From NCBI RefSeq assembly GCF_018977255.1, contig NW_024704743.1:106146001-106210000 (forward strand): 64,000 nucleotides of DNA, read 5' to 3'. Made by a program: the position numbers and the translations under genes. The notes under the pieces were generated by a model. That model had not been told where the DNA came from and did no database searches. It saw only the letters and a list, made by a program, of their open reading frames with translations. Source of the DNA: Callorhinchus milii. Its lineage: Eukaryota. Every line of letters begins with the position of its first letter. The first letter of the stretch is position 1. Shown here piece after piece: positions 39,735 through 51,901 of this stretch.

Positions 39735-40572
39735 GTGGACTTGGCCAGTGGCTCTCCATCAGCTGAGGAGGCGGCGGAAGTTTAGGAGATTGTAACCAGC
39801 CCCACACGCCGGAAGTGGAGGTCGCCCTGTTCATTTGGGAGCTGCTGAAGGCACAGAGCGAGAGAGAGAGGAGGAAGGAGGAGAGAGAGAGAGAGAGAGA
39901 GGAGGGGAAAGAGAGAAAGAAAGAAGAGAGAGAGAGAGAGAGAGGGAAAGAAGGAGAAAGAGTAGAGTAGAGGAGGAGGATCTGATGGCTGCCAAGTCAG
40001 ACGGAGTGTTGAAGATGAAGAAGAAGAAGAAGAGCGACGTGGCTTTCACTCCACTGCAGAACTCCGACTACCCCAACCCCGGGCAGGACCGGGACCGGGA
40101 GCGGGACCGGGAGCGGGACCGGGAACAAGGCGAGGCCGGGGCGGGGGCGGGGGCCGAGCCGCCGCCGGAGCCCGGGGCCGGTGCCGGTGCCGAGGAGCTG
40201 AGGCTGGAGCCGCGCTGCTGTGCCGGGCTGTGCCGGTGCCGGGGCCGGGCCCGCGGGCCGGGTCCGGCCCGGGAGGAGAGGTACACGCTGTGGGACGGGG
40301 TGTGGGTGCTGGCCGCCCTGGCCGTGTACGCCTGCGATGTGGGCACTGACCTGTGGCTGGCGGTGGATTACTACCTGCGCTCGCGGTACTGGTGGTTCGC
40401 CCTCACGCTGCTCTTCGCGGCGCTCGGCTCTGTGGCCGTCCAGGTCTTCAGCTTCAGGTGGTTCGTGCACGACTTCCACGGCGGCAGCTCGGCGACCGGC
40501 GCCTCCGCTGCCAGCCATGTGGACGGCAAGGCAGCGGGCGAGGACTGTCACCGTGCCCGGTCCCCGCAGCGG

Positions 40573-40603
<31 letters not shown>

Positions 40604-40790
40604 CATCGGCCAACCGAGCCCCCGGCACCGCCGGCAAGAGGTCTTCCTGCTCCTTCTGCCTCTGCCTCCTGCAGTCGCTCGTTCACCTCCTCCAACTCGG
40701 ACAGCTCTGGAGGTAACTCACACCTCGGATATCACTGTGGGCGGCGGTGGCTGTCAGACTCGCCATCCGCACGCACACACCGCACACCAG
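39735..40790. promoter_or_regulatory. CpG island and promoter of XKR4, with ETS/GABP motifs GGCGGAAGT (39773-39781) and CCGGAAGTG (39809-39817)
   Basis: High GC and CpG against a CpG-poor background; ETS consensus motifs about 170-210 bp upstream of the ATG. Confidence 0.65.
39985..40712 (+). CDS. XKR4: XK-related protein 4 (phospholipid scramblase family), coding exon 1
   Basis: MAAKSDGVLKMKKKKKSDVAFTPLQNSD N-terminus; RYTLWD...DVGTDLWLAVDYY...WWFALTL...QVFSFRWFVHDF; ends LLQLGQLWR with ag|gtaact donor, matching XKR4 exon 1 as recalled. No later exon found in the window. Confidence 0.95.
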
Positions 40791-40799
40791 AGTGGCACA

Positions 40800-41640
40800 G
40801 GGAGAGGGAGAGGGAGGGAGACTGAGAGAGAGGGAGAAAGACGGAGAGAGAGAGAGAGAGTGAGGAAGACAGAGAGAGAAAAAGACAGAGAGAGAGAGAG
40901 TGAGGAAGACAGAGAGAGAAAAAGACACAGAGAGAGAGTGAGGAAGACAGAAAAAGACAGACAGAGAGAGAGTGAGGAAGACAGAGAGAGAAAAAGACAC
41001 AGAGAGAGTGAGAGTGGGGAAGACAGAGAGAGAAAAAGACAGTGAGAGAGAGAGAGTGAGGAAGACAGAGAGAGAAAAAGACACAGAGAGAGAGTGAGGA
41101 AGACAGAAAAAGACAGACAGAGAGAGAGAGAGTGAGGAAGACAGAGAGAGAAAAAGACACAGAGAGAGTGAGAGTGAGGAAGACAGAGAGAGAAAAAGAC
41201 AGAGAGAGAGAGAGAGTGAGGAAGACAGAGAGAGAAAAAGACACAGAGAGAGAGTGAGGAAGACAGAAAAAGACAGAGAGAGTGAGGAAGACACAGAGAG
41301 AAAAAGACACAGAGAGAGTGAGAGTGAGGAAGACAGAGAGAAAAAGACAGAGAGAGAGAGTGAGGAAGACAGAGAGAGAAAAAGACAGAGAGAGAGAGAG
41401 TGAGGAAGACAGAGAGAGAAAAAGACAGAGAGAGAGAGAGTGAGGAAGACAGAAAAAGACAGAGAGAGAGAGTGAGGAAGACACAGAGAGAAAAAGACAC
41501 AGTGAGAGTGAGGAAGACAGAGAGAGAAAAAGACACAGAGAGAGAGAGAGAGAGAGTGAGGAAGACAGAGAGAGAAAAAGACACAGAGAGAGAGAGTGAG
41601 GAAGACAGAGAGAAATAAAGACGGGGAGAACGAGAGACAG
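40800..41640. repeat. GA-rich minisatellite, unit about GAGTGAGGAAGACAGAGAGAGAAAAAGACACAGAGAGA
   Basis: Directly visible tandem array. Confidence 0.95.
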
Positions 41641-42013
41641 AATTCTCTTTCCCCCAAGAAAAAAATATTTATGAAAAAAAAACACAAGAGATTATTTGCT
41701 AAAGTAAGCGATTGGATTCTCCCTCCTCTCAGTCCTTTGCTGTGTGGATAGTGCAACGCAAACCGCGGACACCCTTCCCCACCTTTTTACACGCTCACAT
41801 GGGTTTTCTTTGGTCAAATCTGGAGGGTTAGATTGGGGGGTGTGGGTTGGGGGAAGTGGGGATGGGAGGAAGGAGGAAACCAGATCAATACCTTTGCAAA
41901 ATATAGGTATGTTCAATTTATGGCAGAGGAAAACAAAATCATGTTTTTTTTTTCTCTTTTTTTTAAAAAAGAAAGCATTTGAAGTTTTATTCTTTTTTAA
42001 AAAAAAGTCCGCA

Positions 42014-43430
42014 GTGTGTGCTGGGGTGAGTGTGCGTGTGTTGGTGTGAGTGCGAGTTGAGTGTGTTAGTGTGTGAGTGTGTTGGTGAGTGTCTTGGTGT
42101 GTGTGTGTGTGTGTGTGTGGTATGTGTGCTAGGGTGTGTGTGTTGGTGTGAGAGTGTGCTGGTGTGTGAGTGTCTTGGTGTGTGAGTGTCTTGGTGTGTG
42201 AGTGTCTTGGTGTGTGAGTGTCTTGGTGTGTGAGTGTCTTGGTGTGTGAGTGTCTTGGTGTGTGAGTGTGTTGGTGTGTGTGAGTGTGTTGGTGTGTGAG
42301 TGTGTTGGTGTGTGTGTGTGTGTGAGTGTGTTGGTGAGTGTGTTGGTGTGTGTGAGTGTGTTGGTGTGTGAGTGTCTTGGTGGGTGTGAGTGCGTTGGTG
42401 AGTGTCTTGGTGTGTGAGTGTGTTGGTGTGTGAGTGTCTTGGTGGGTGTGAGTGTGTTGGTGTGTGAGTGTCTTGGTGGGTGTGAGTGTGTTGGTGTGTG
42501 AGTGTCTTGGTGGGTGTGAGTGTGTTGGTGAGTGTCTTGGTGGGTGTGAGTGTGTTGGTGAGTGTCTTGGTGGGTGTGAGTGTGTTGGTGTGTGAGTGCC
42601 TTGGTGGGTGTGAGTGTGTTGGTGTGTGAGTGCCTTGGTGGGTGTGAGTGTGTTGGTGAGTGTCTTGGTGTGTGTGAGTGTGTTGGTGTGTGAGTGTCTT
42701 GGTGGGTGTGAGTGTGTTGGTGAGTGTCTTGGTGTGTGTGAGTGTGTTGGTGTGTGAGTGTCTTGGTGGGTGTGAGTGTGTTGGTGTGTGAGTGTCTTGG
42801 TGGGTGTGAGTGTGTTGGTGAGTGTCTTGGTGGGTGTGAGTGTGTTGGTGTGTGAGTGCCTTGGTGGGTGTGAGTGTGTTGGTGTGTGAGTGCCTTGGTG
42901 GTGTGAGTGTGTTGGTGAGTGTCTTGGTGTGTGTGAGTGTGTTGGTGTGTGAGTGTCTTGGTGGGTGTGAGTGTGTTGGTGAGTGTCTTGGTGTGTGTGA
43001 GTGTGTTGGTGTGTGAGTGTCTTGGTGGGTGTGAGTGTGTTGGTGAGTGTCTTGGTGTGTGTGAGTGTGTTGGTGTGTGAGTGTGTTGGTGAGTTTCTTG
43101 GTGGGTGTGAGTGTGTTGGTGCGTGAGTGTCTTAGTGGGAGTGAGTGTCTTGGTGTGTGTGAGTGTTGGTGAGTGTATTGGTGTGTGTGTGAGTGGTGTG
43201 TGTGTGTGTGAGTGGTGTGTGTGTGTGTGAGTGGTGTGTGTGTGTGTGAGTGGTGTGTGTGTGAGTGGTGTGTGTGTGTGTATGTGAGTGGTGTGTGTGT
43301 GTGAGTGGTGTGTGTGTGAGTGGTGTGTGTGTGTGAGTGGTGTGTGTGTGTGTGAGTGGTGTGTGTGTGTGTGAGTGGTGTGTGTGTGTGTGAGTGGTGT
43401 GTGTGTGTGTGAGTGGTGTGTGTGTGCGTG
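42014..43430. repeat. GT-rich compound mini/microsatellite (GTGTGAGTGTCTTGGT units grading into GAGTG(GT)n)
   Basis: Directly visible tandem array. Confidence 0.95.
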
Positions 43431-43439
43431 TAAACAAAG

Positions 43440-43562
43440 AAGAGGCCGTTTTGAATGGTCTGTGATCGCTGTACATCTGTGTGGCAGTCTATCTGATCCG
43501 CTGGTGTTTGTAGCCCCGCTTTGTAGGTGTGATTATGTAATGGTTAGACATTGCCGTAGTAT

Positions 43563-43593
<31 letters not shown>

Positions 43594-45130
43594 AAACCGG
43601 AAGTGTTCGAATGCAAGACATGGGGAGCCACTCTTCAAATGTGCGGATTCTGCAATTGAATCGCAACTCCAGCGTTTGACAGCCTTGCGACCAGTCACGT
43701 AACTCGTTCAGCAAAACCAGATACATCTCAGGAGGTTTCAACGATCACCAGCATCGCACCCCCCACCCCACCCCCCCCCCCCACCCCCCCCAAAAAAAAA
43801 AATTCCACATTGCAACTCGTAGCCTCGATGCAATACAGCAAATCTACATTGGGCAAAACGTCTTTCTTTCTTTTTTCGGTGTGTGGGGGGGGGGAGTGGT
43901 ATCCTTTCGGGAAATCGCGACCCTGCTTTTTTTTTTGCGCACCGTCCAGGTCCAGCTACACCGAGAGAGAGAGAGAGAAAATGCAAATCGTTTCACACAC
44001 GGATGCACACATACACACACACACCCCCCCCCACCACCACACCCCCCCACACCACCCCAAAAAATAAGGTATTTGTGAATATGGTTTCGAGCAGCGCACG
44101 TTCAAACAAACCACTCACTTTGTAAATGCAGCCACTGCGCCAATGCAAAGGGTCGGAATTCCAGCAAAATTGGAGCTGCTGGGAATACCGTGCATATTGA
44201 GCAAAAGGGACCACTGGGTGGATTTTTTTTTTTCCTTTGCACACACCTGAAGTGTGGGGCATCTTTGGAGTGAGGCGGACACGATAGGGACGAGAACAAC
44301 TCCCCCAGAAGCAATCCAACCTCGTTGCTCCACCGCCTTTGCGTCGGGGGGGCGGTGGGGGGGGGCGGGGGGGGGGGGACGGACGTTTCGGAGCATTTCG
44401 CAGACAAAAAGCGGTCGTGTTTTTTTTTCTTCTTTTTGCGAGGGTGTTTTGCGGCACGAAGGTGCCTTTGCACAACGCAAACGCAAACCCCCCCTCCCCC
44501 CACCCCGCAAAGAGTCCCGAGTCGCAAACTGGGGTGCACTTTCGTGTGTGTCACAGCTGGAAGTTACCTTCTGTCCCAGTCTTTCGCCGTGTGTTTCACA
44601 CACACACACACACACACACACAGAGAGAGAGTTGGGGGGGGGGGGGTGGGCTGGAGAGAGAAGTGATTGATAATCCCGCTGCTGGTTATAAGTGGTTTTG
44701 ATGTGATATTATTGCTTAAAAACGCGGTGCGACCACCAGTGCAATGTTTCTTCTGACAGCGAGTGCTTTCACTGCAGTGTTGACAGCCGGAGTCACTGCG
44801 CATCAGCCGGAGCTGTCCACGGTGCTCAAATGAATAGCTTCGGCACTGAAACCTTTTGTCAAATGAGGCAATTTTTCTTACAATGCAATCTCGCGTCTTT
44901 TTTTGTTGTTGTTGTTGTTGTTGTTGTTGAGGCCGCTGCTATTCGGCGAGTGGCATTCGCATTTCTTTTTCTATTTTTTTTTTAAAACACGAAACCCCAA
45001 ACCGCCGAAGTCGGCCTTCAAGGCTTATCGCGCTTATCGCGGAGCGTAAATTATCCTTTTCCGCTGAATCGGTAACCTAAGCATTCGTTCTTTTGAAAGA
45101 AAAGCGTGTGCTGAAATAATAGCGCCGTAG
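43440..45130. promoter_or_regulatory. Second CpG-rich segment in XKR4 intron 1 (enhancer or alternative promoter-like)
   Basis: Dense CpGs, ETS site ACCGGAAGTG near 43597, RE1 site, G/C homopolymer runs. Confidence 0.45.
44809..44829 (-). promoter_or_regulatory. RE1/NRSE (REST-binding) element in XKR4 intron 1
   Basis: Reverse complement TTGAGCACCGTGGACAGCTCC against consensus TTCAGCACCnnGGACAGCGCC, canonical 2-bp spacer. Confidence 0.75.
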
Positions 45131-48100
45131 AGTGGATGCTGAGGCTTCTGTGTAACTTGTGCTGGTGAAGAGTGAATGGTGTGTATAATACTGAATATCC
45201 TACATTTGCACATACACAATTATAGTTACATGTAATAGTTATGAGAATGGTAAATCATGCAATACAATGTTATATAGAATGTTATATAAAATTTCAACTT
45301 TAGTGAAACTGAGTTGAACGATGAAAAATGTGGATTTTGTTATATATAGAAGTGGAAAACATTTGCAAGGCGAGAGTACGATTATAAGTCCAGTATTTTT
45401 GCCATACATCTGTTATCAACTTGTTTTTTCCACTGAATGTCTGATTGGTAAGTGCTATGAACTTTGATGTACCTTCACATTCATGTCATGTAAGATTAAA
45501 ATCTTAAGTTTACACACTGCAGAGTGAAAATGTAAATGAAGAGGGATCTAAGTTCAAATGACAAAAATCGTCACTTAGGATTTCGGAACAAGGGAGAGAA
45601 AAAAACACTTAAAAGAAAAAGTTCTGAAGTCAAACAGAAAATGTGTCACTTTTGGTGCAGTATTCTTTCATAGATTTGAAAGATCTATTCTTCCTTACTG
45701 TTTTGTGGCATGAAGGATTTATGAATATCTTTGTCACAAGTGAAAGAACATTGCTAATGTACAGCTGCTCAGCTCAGTATTCCAGTTTCTCTATAGTTAT
45801 CGTTCAGGTTGTATTTGAAACATCGCAGACCATTAAGTTAGAATTATGGTGCATGATGTAAGTATCAACTACAAAGGAATATTGGTCTGTACTCCTGCAA
45901 CATTATTGACTAATCAAAAAATATGAAATAATTTAACATCTGTTCAGCATTACATTGCATAGCATGCCATTACTCAACTATAAGGGTAGTTATAGTTGAG
46001 TATATTACTACTCAACTATGTCAATTGCTGTAAACTATAATCACATTACTTTCAAACTTCAGTCTTTCAGTCATTATAAAGGGTATGTGTCAAATTTCTA
46101 AAATGTGGAATGTGTTCTACTGAGCGTATTTGGCAATAATGATTTCCGCCTCACTTCGATCAAATATTTAGTTCACATGCATAGGATACAGGTTTGTAAA
46201 AGATGATTAAATTAATTTTATAACAATAATAATCCTTGAATTTGATATAATTCCTCATCACATTTTCAAGATGTCTCGAATCATTTCACAGGATATACGT
46301 AAAGTGGTGTGACTGTATTTTGTGGGTGTGTATCCTGTGTATAGTTCCTTAAATGGAATTTAGTTAATACTTGCATATCAAATGTATACAGAATCTAATT
46401 GTTAATCTAAAAGTGAAAATCTGGAGTTTTCTGCATTGTAAAGGATTGGAAACATTCATTTGCCACTAAACAAAGTTACAGATTAGTCTATAGAAGGTAG
46501 GCATACACACAAACAATTATAATGCAAGAAATACCTTTCCATTCCCATCTACCAAATTGAATTCCAGTTCCAAATCTAAAGCTTTTCTCAGTGTATCAAG
46601 CATTAACTGTGAATATAATCAGTCTGCAGGCAAGTTGTACTGGGAGATAACAAGATATTTTAGATGTGTAACCACATCCTCATAGAATATATGTTATGAA
46701 TGTGTCTGTCAATATTGAATTGCTGAATAAAAAAGGCTGCAATCCTAAGATTTACTTATTGTTTATTTTAACGTGGAGTTTACAGAAATATGAAATTTTA
46801 TTCAGACCACAAATTATCAAGACTCAGCCACATTAATGATATGCTAGCAGTAGGGCATCTAATGATTAAGTTATAATTGCATTGCACAATGAAATTGCCA
46901 ATTTCTAGTCTGTTATAACACAGAAACATGGTTAGTACCCCCTGTGATTTGCATTACTTTTATATCAATACCATATTGGACAATTGAAAAATGCAAAATA
47001 AATTTTCAAATGACATTCATTATTTTGGAGGTAATAGTACTAGGATAAAGCATTTGGCCTGAGTCATGGTACAGTGATTTTGTATGAATTTGGCATTAAT
47101 TGAGTGATGCTGCCCATCTTTGGCTTTCATATACTCATTCTGCTAAAATTGCATAAATTTCACATATGACCTTGTTTGCAACGTGGGATCTGGCAGCAAT
47201 TGGTTTTATGCAGCAAGATTAATTTTGCACTGAAAATTAATGGACCTGCAGCTTTACTTCAGTGGATCAAGCTATGGCTATAAAGTGAATTGCCTATTTG
47301 AGATCATCTATTTTACATAGAAACAGTGTAATTAAGCAAAGGTTAAATGTGACCACACTTTTTATAAGAAGTGTTGCAGTATTTTGACTATTTTTCGTGT
47401 TCATTTTTCCCACTGAAGTTGCTTGTTATTTCTAAACAGCATGATGTTTTAAGTGTTCAACCTAGATGTGGTGTATATGTTTTGAAGGGGAATTTTCCTC
47501 AATTAGTACAATTACATAACAAAATTGGTTTGGATGAAGTGGGCCCTTTGGTCTATTTGATCTCAACCTTCCAGAATACTCGCTTACCATCACAGCATCA
47601 AGCTGACTTTTAAATGAGTTCAGTAACCTGGCCTCAACAAGCCATTCTGGCAACATGTTTCAGTCATTAAATAATTTCTGGGTAAAGACAAATATTTTGG
47701 AGTCTGTCCTGAGATTGTTTCAAGCTCTAACCCAACATTCTCTTATTCTATTGCCTTGACCTTTCTTATGGTTTGTTTGTTATTGTTATGGACACTCAAT
47801 CCTATTTTTTTTCTTGAGGTTTGCTGGGGGCAGCACTTGTGTGTATTGTGTGTAAGATCGGTTGGTCCTACCTGTACAAGAAGTGATAAGCTTGCCAGAC
47901 AATACTGTCAATGGCAATCCAGGTGTTTTTAGCTGGTTAAACTCTAAAGTACCCAGCACACATTCTGCGATCCCATGTAATGGCTCTCGGGTTACCCTCT
48001 AGAAAGCAGGGTGAATTCCTCTCGGGAGAGGGTATTTTCTATTCCAAACACTAGGACATTTCCATCAGGGGATGGCATACTAATGTGGATCTCTGTTTGG

Positions 48101-49764
48101 TTTGGACACTGTTAAGCATAGTCATTGGTTTCTGTATGTGTCAGACGCCCAGCTGACCAAAACAATTATCATCTTTAACCCTGTTTAACTCGCTTCTCTT
48201 CAAAGCCTGTTTCTGTTGATCTACCTATATGATTTGAAAAAAAAAATTTTGTATTTATGTAGCACTTTTCAAGTAGGGAGGACATCTCAAAGTGCTTCAC
48301 AACTGACTGGGAGCCCAAACTGGGGGTGAGGGTGGAGGGAGGTGACCAAAAGCACGGTCGAAAATAAACTCTTTTAAAATAAGCTTTTTTTTACCTGATT
48401 AAATGTCCATAAATCCAGTAAATAAACTCCAGCAAATCATACTTGTTTAAAATGCTTATCTGCTATGTTCTTAGGTGTGGTTAATAAAATAGAGTATTGT
48501 GGCATGCGGGACATACTTTATATCAATGCCGCTTGTCAGGGACAGGCAAGTCAGGCGTGAAGTAGGAATGTTCTTTCTCCTGATTCCAGACAGCCTTACT
48601 CTGGTCACTGCTGCATCATTCAACCATGGCATAACGACAAAGGTAGTCTTTCATTTTCTACAGAAAGGCAGCAATAATCTTCTTGGAAGGGAGGGAGAAA
48701 GATTGGGCGAGCTATACAGTGTCTATTAAAGGTGCAGAAAAACACTTGATTTATACCACAAGCTGTAATTAAACTGCACTGAAAATCTGTGAGGTCTATT
48801 GTAAATTGGCAGAAACAAATTATTGACCTTGGCTTTGCTACAGATTCCTTTTTATATACTACAAGTTAATAGGAACTAAGGAAAGTTTTTTTTTAAAAAA
48901 ACTTGGAAAGATTATCTTTGAAATGCTTGCAAAGTTAGTTCTTGCGGCAACAGGAATTCTTTATTTTGTAAATAAGAAAAATGTTTATTGGAAAACTGGT
49001 GCTGAATGTATTTTTAAGAGGAGATAAGAAATCCCAAAATATCCATAAGGACTTGGTTCTGTATAGTTTGAGAAATGACATCTGGTGTTTATAGGTATAA
49101 GATGGTTAAATGCATCATGAGAATTATATAAATGTTCTGTGTTGGCTATTGTTGGGTATTCAAGAGAGTAATCTGGCTTGTAAATAATGAATTGAACATC
49201 TTATAATAAAAGGGGTGAGATAGTATAATATAGTATGTAGTAGGTTAATAAGTATGTCAAGAAAAAATGATTTTTTTGTTGCAAAGTATTGTAAATTAAA
49301 CTCCTCAACAGACAATTAATTAAATAAGACCTTACTGATCACGGAGTAAAACTTTAAATTTATAATTACAACAGAGTAAAGTGCAACTAATTGTGTAAAT
49401 TAGATTTGGAAATTACATTTTCAAAGCAAGATGGGACAGAATAAGTATGGGATTGGTTTATATTTGAATATATTTAATCTGTCCTCAATGTGTGGTAGAT
49501 GAATGGCTTTTGGTGACACAATGCTTGTTCAAGGAGACGAATAAAACTAAAAAACTGACGGATTTTGGGAGATTAGGTTTGAAAACCTGCTAGTTATTGA
49601 ATTGATTTGGATTGTATTTTTCAGAAAGCAAACGGGATTGCTCTTTGAATGAGTAATGTTGCCTTTTTACAGCACAATTGTAAGCTCAAAGCTGGACTGA
49701 CTGTATATAATGTGCAGTGATTTTTTTTAAAGTGAATCGCCTTTATTACCTTGAGCAATTATGT

Positions 49765-50172
49765 AACAAGCAGCAATAATTAACATTTATATAGTGTCTT
49801 TTACATCGGGAAGATGTCTCAAAGTGCTTCACAGAGCTGACTGGGAGCCCGAACTGTGTGCGTGTGTGTGTGTGTGTATGTATGGGTGGGGGGGTTGACC
49901 ACAGGCGTGGTCGATAAGATACATTTGAAAGTGGTTAGGGAGGGACCAAGGCGGATAGACTCCAGGATGGAGTTCCAGAGAGCAGTGCAGAATGGCTGAA
50001 TGTTTGCTCACCAACGGTGGGACTGGTCAGGTGGAGGACATGTAGCAGCCCGGAGTTTGAACAGAAAGAGCAGTCGGGACTGCAGGGTCACAGAGGTAGG
50101 GTGGGACGACGCCATGGAGGTATTTCAAAATGAGGACAAAGATCTTGTATTTAATCTGCTGGATGATTGGCT
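49765..50172 (-). mobile_element. Degenerate L2 LINE 3' fragment
   Basis: Minus-strand QQIKYKIFVLILKYLHGVVPPYL and an L2/SINE-type tail. Confidence 0.7.
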
Positions 50173-51227
50173 CGTGGAGTCTCTTGTGGATGATAACAAA
50201 GAAAGCTTTATTAACAAATTGGTGCAATAATCCTTTCCCTTTGGAACATTAAACTGATTAAAATGTTTATTTTAAAATTAAATTGAAATGTTTTCTATTG
50301 AAAGATCATAATCCCCTCTCAAGTAAAAGGGAGAAAGTTGTGTACTTATTGTTACCAATTTCATCCCCCCAAAATATGCATAGACACACCGCTTTACAGT
50401 ACATTCTGTTAAGCACTTTAAAACATCTTACTGACGTGATAAGGTGTTATGTCAAATGCAAGGATTATTATCATGGTTTACACTTTCTTAGGACAGCTGT
50501 CATGTTTAGTGTGCATGATGCTATTGCAGCAATGAAATTGGAAGTAATTGCAACATTTAAGATATGAAATGTGCAATTATCTAATTTCCCATACATCAAA
50601 TGTGCTGAATGAACTCCTCAACACATTTAGTGTTTTATTAAAATGCCGACTGTACATTTCTATTTTGTATAATATAATAATAATTCTTGTATTTGACATA
50701 GCACTTTATCATGTCAGTCACAAAGTGCTTCACAGGATTTAATGTGGAGTCTAGTGATTGTTTATTTTGTAAGCAAGCATAGCAGCCAATTTCTACACAG
50801 CAATGACTCACAAACAGCCATGAGTTGAAAGACAAACTTGATTGTAATAACCATTGACTGTAATAATAATTCAAGATGTCTCAAAGAAAGAAAAGTGTAG
50901 ACCTTTGTTATGGCAGGATGAATAACTACAGTACCATTGCTCACTGTTTGCATTTCTTTAAGTTAATTTACACAATGTTACACGTGGGGCTGGAGAGAGT
51001 GAAGCGTATAGATATAGTATCGATGTATTATGTGGTCATTCTGGAGAATATACATATCCTTTAAGAACAGTTCAGCCCTGTATTTAAAAAGATATTTAAA
51101 AGCACCTTATCGCATCGTTAAAATGACTCATAGTGCTTCACAAGATTTTATGTAAGGTGGAATGACTCTTTGTAGGCAATGTTTCTTTAACAAGAAAACC
51201 AAGTGGGGACCCTTTCAGTAATCCAAT

Positions 51228-51600
51228 AATAATCCTTGCTTTGAGACGTCTCAACGATGTGATAAGGCTCTGTATCAAATACAAAAATTATTATTATTTG
51301 ATATATCACATCATTGAGACGTCTCAAAGCGCTTCACAGAATATGCTGTAAAGTGAATCGACTCTATTTTTAGCGAAACACGGCACATTCATGGATTGAG
51401 AGACCAAATTATTATTATTTATTTAATTTTTTTAAAGGGATTTTTAACCCCAGAAAACGATCCGCCAGTCGACTAACAGGTTCCTACTTACTGCTATGTA
51501 ACAGGCGTGTGGAGTAAGGAAACTTGCTAAGGTTTTGTCCTGCCGGGAATCCACCCCAGGTCCTTTCGCTTGTGAGACTTTGCCCAATACGCTATAAGAC
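51228..51600 (-). mobile_element. tRNA-derived SINE with a rearranged (inverted-duplicated) tail
   Basis: Reverse family sequence; two copies of ttgagacgtctcaa. Confidence 0.8.
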
Positions 51601-51654
51601 TTCATCTTGGGAGAGAGTAACTCTCTTCTCTTTTCCTATAGCTTTGTATATAGA

Positions 51655-51900
51655 CCGCTCGCCTTGCCAGCAAGAAGACTTGGGTTCAATTCCCAGCAGG
51701 GCGAAACGTTGGGCAAGTTTCCTTATTCCGTACGCCTCTGTTTACCTAACAGTAAGTAGAAACCTGGTTGTTAATCGATTAGTGGATTGCTTTTCTGAGG
51801 ATAATAATTCCTTCCAAAAAAAAGAATTGATCACTCAATCCACGCCTGTTTGTGGGACACTGCTGTGTGCAATTGTCTGCTGTGTTTCTCCCACAAAATA
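51655..51900 (+). mobile_element. tRNA-derived SINE, 3'-truncated at the start of the duplicated unit
   Basis: gggttcaattcccagcagggcgaaacgttgggcaagtttcctta... Confidence 0.85.
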
Positions 51901-51901
51901 G

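Noticed and set aside
38851..39834. 327-aa minus-strand Pro/Ser/Leu-rich ORF
   Set aside because: Translation of the purine minisatellite; stop codons are absent by composition.
39835..39984. N-terminal extension of the XKR4 ORF (MGAAEGTERERE...)
   Set aside because: Starts at TTG and runs through the (GA)n 5' UTR; the conserved start is MAAKSDG at 39985.
39997..41045. Alternative-frame and antisense ORFs over XKR4 exon 1
   Set aside because: By-product of very high GC content.
40683..41756. Three overlapping 276-357 aa minus-strand ORFs
   Set aside because: Translation of the GA-rich minisatellite.
42014..43430. Regular repeat array as a possible CRISPR
   Set aside because: Eukaryotic minisatellite with no unique spacers and no cas genes.
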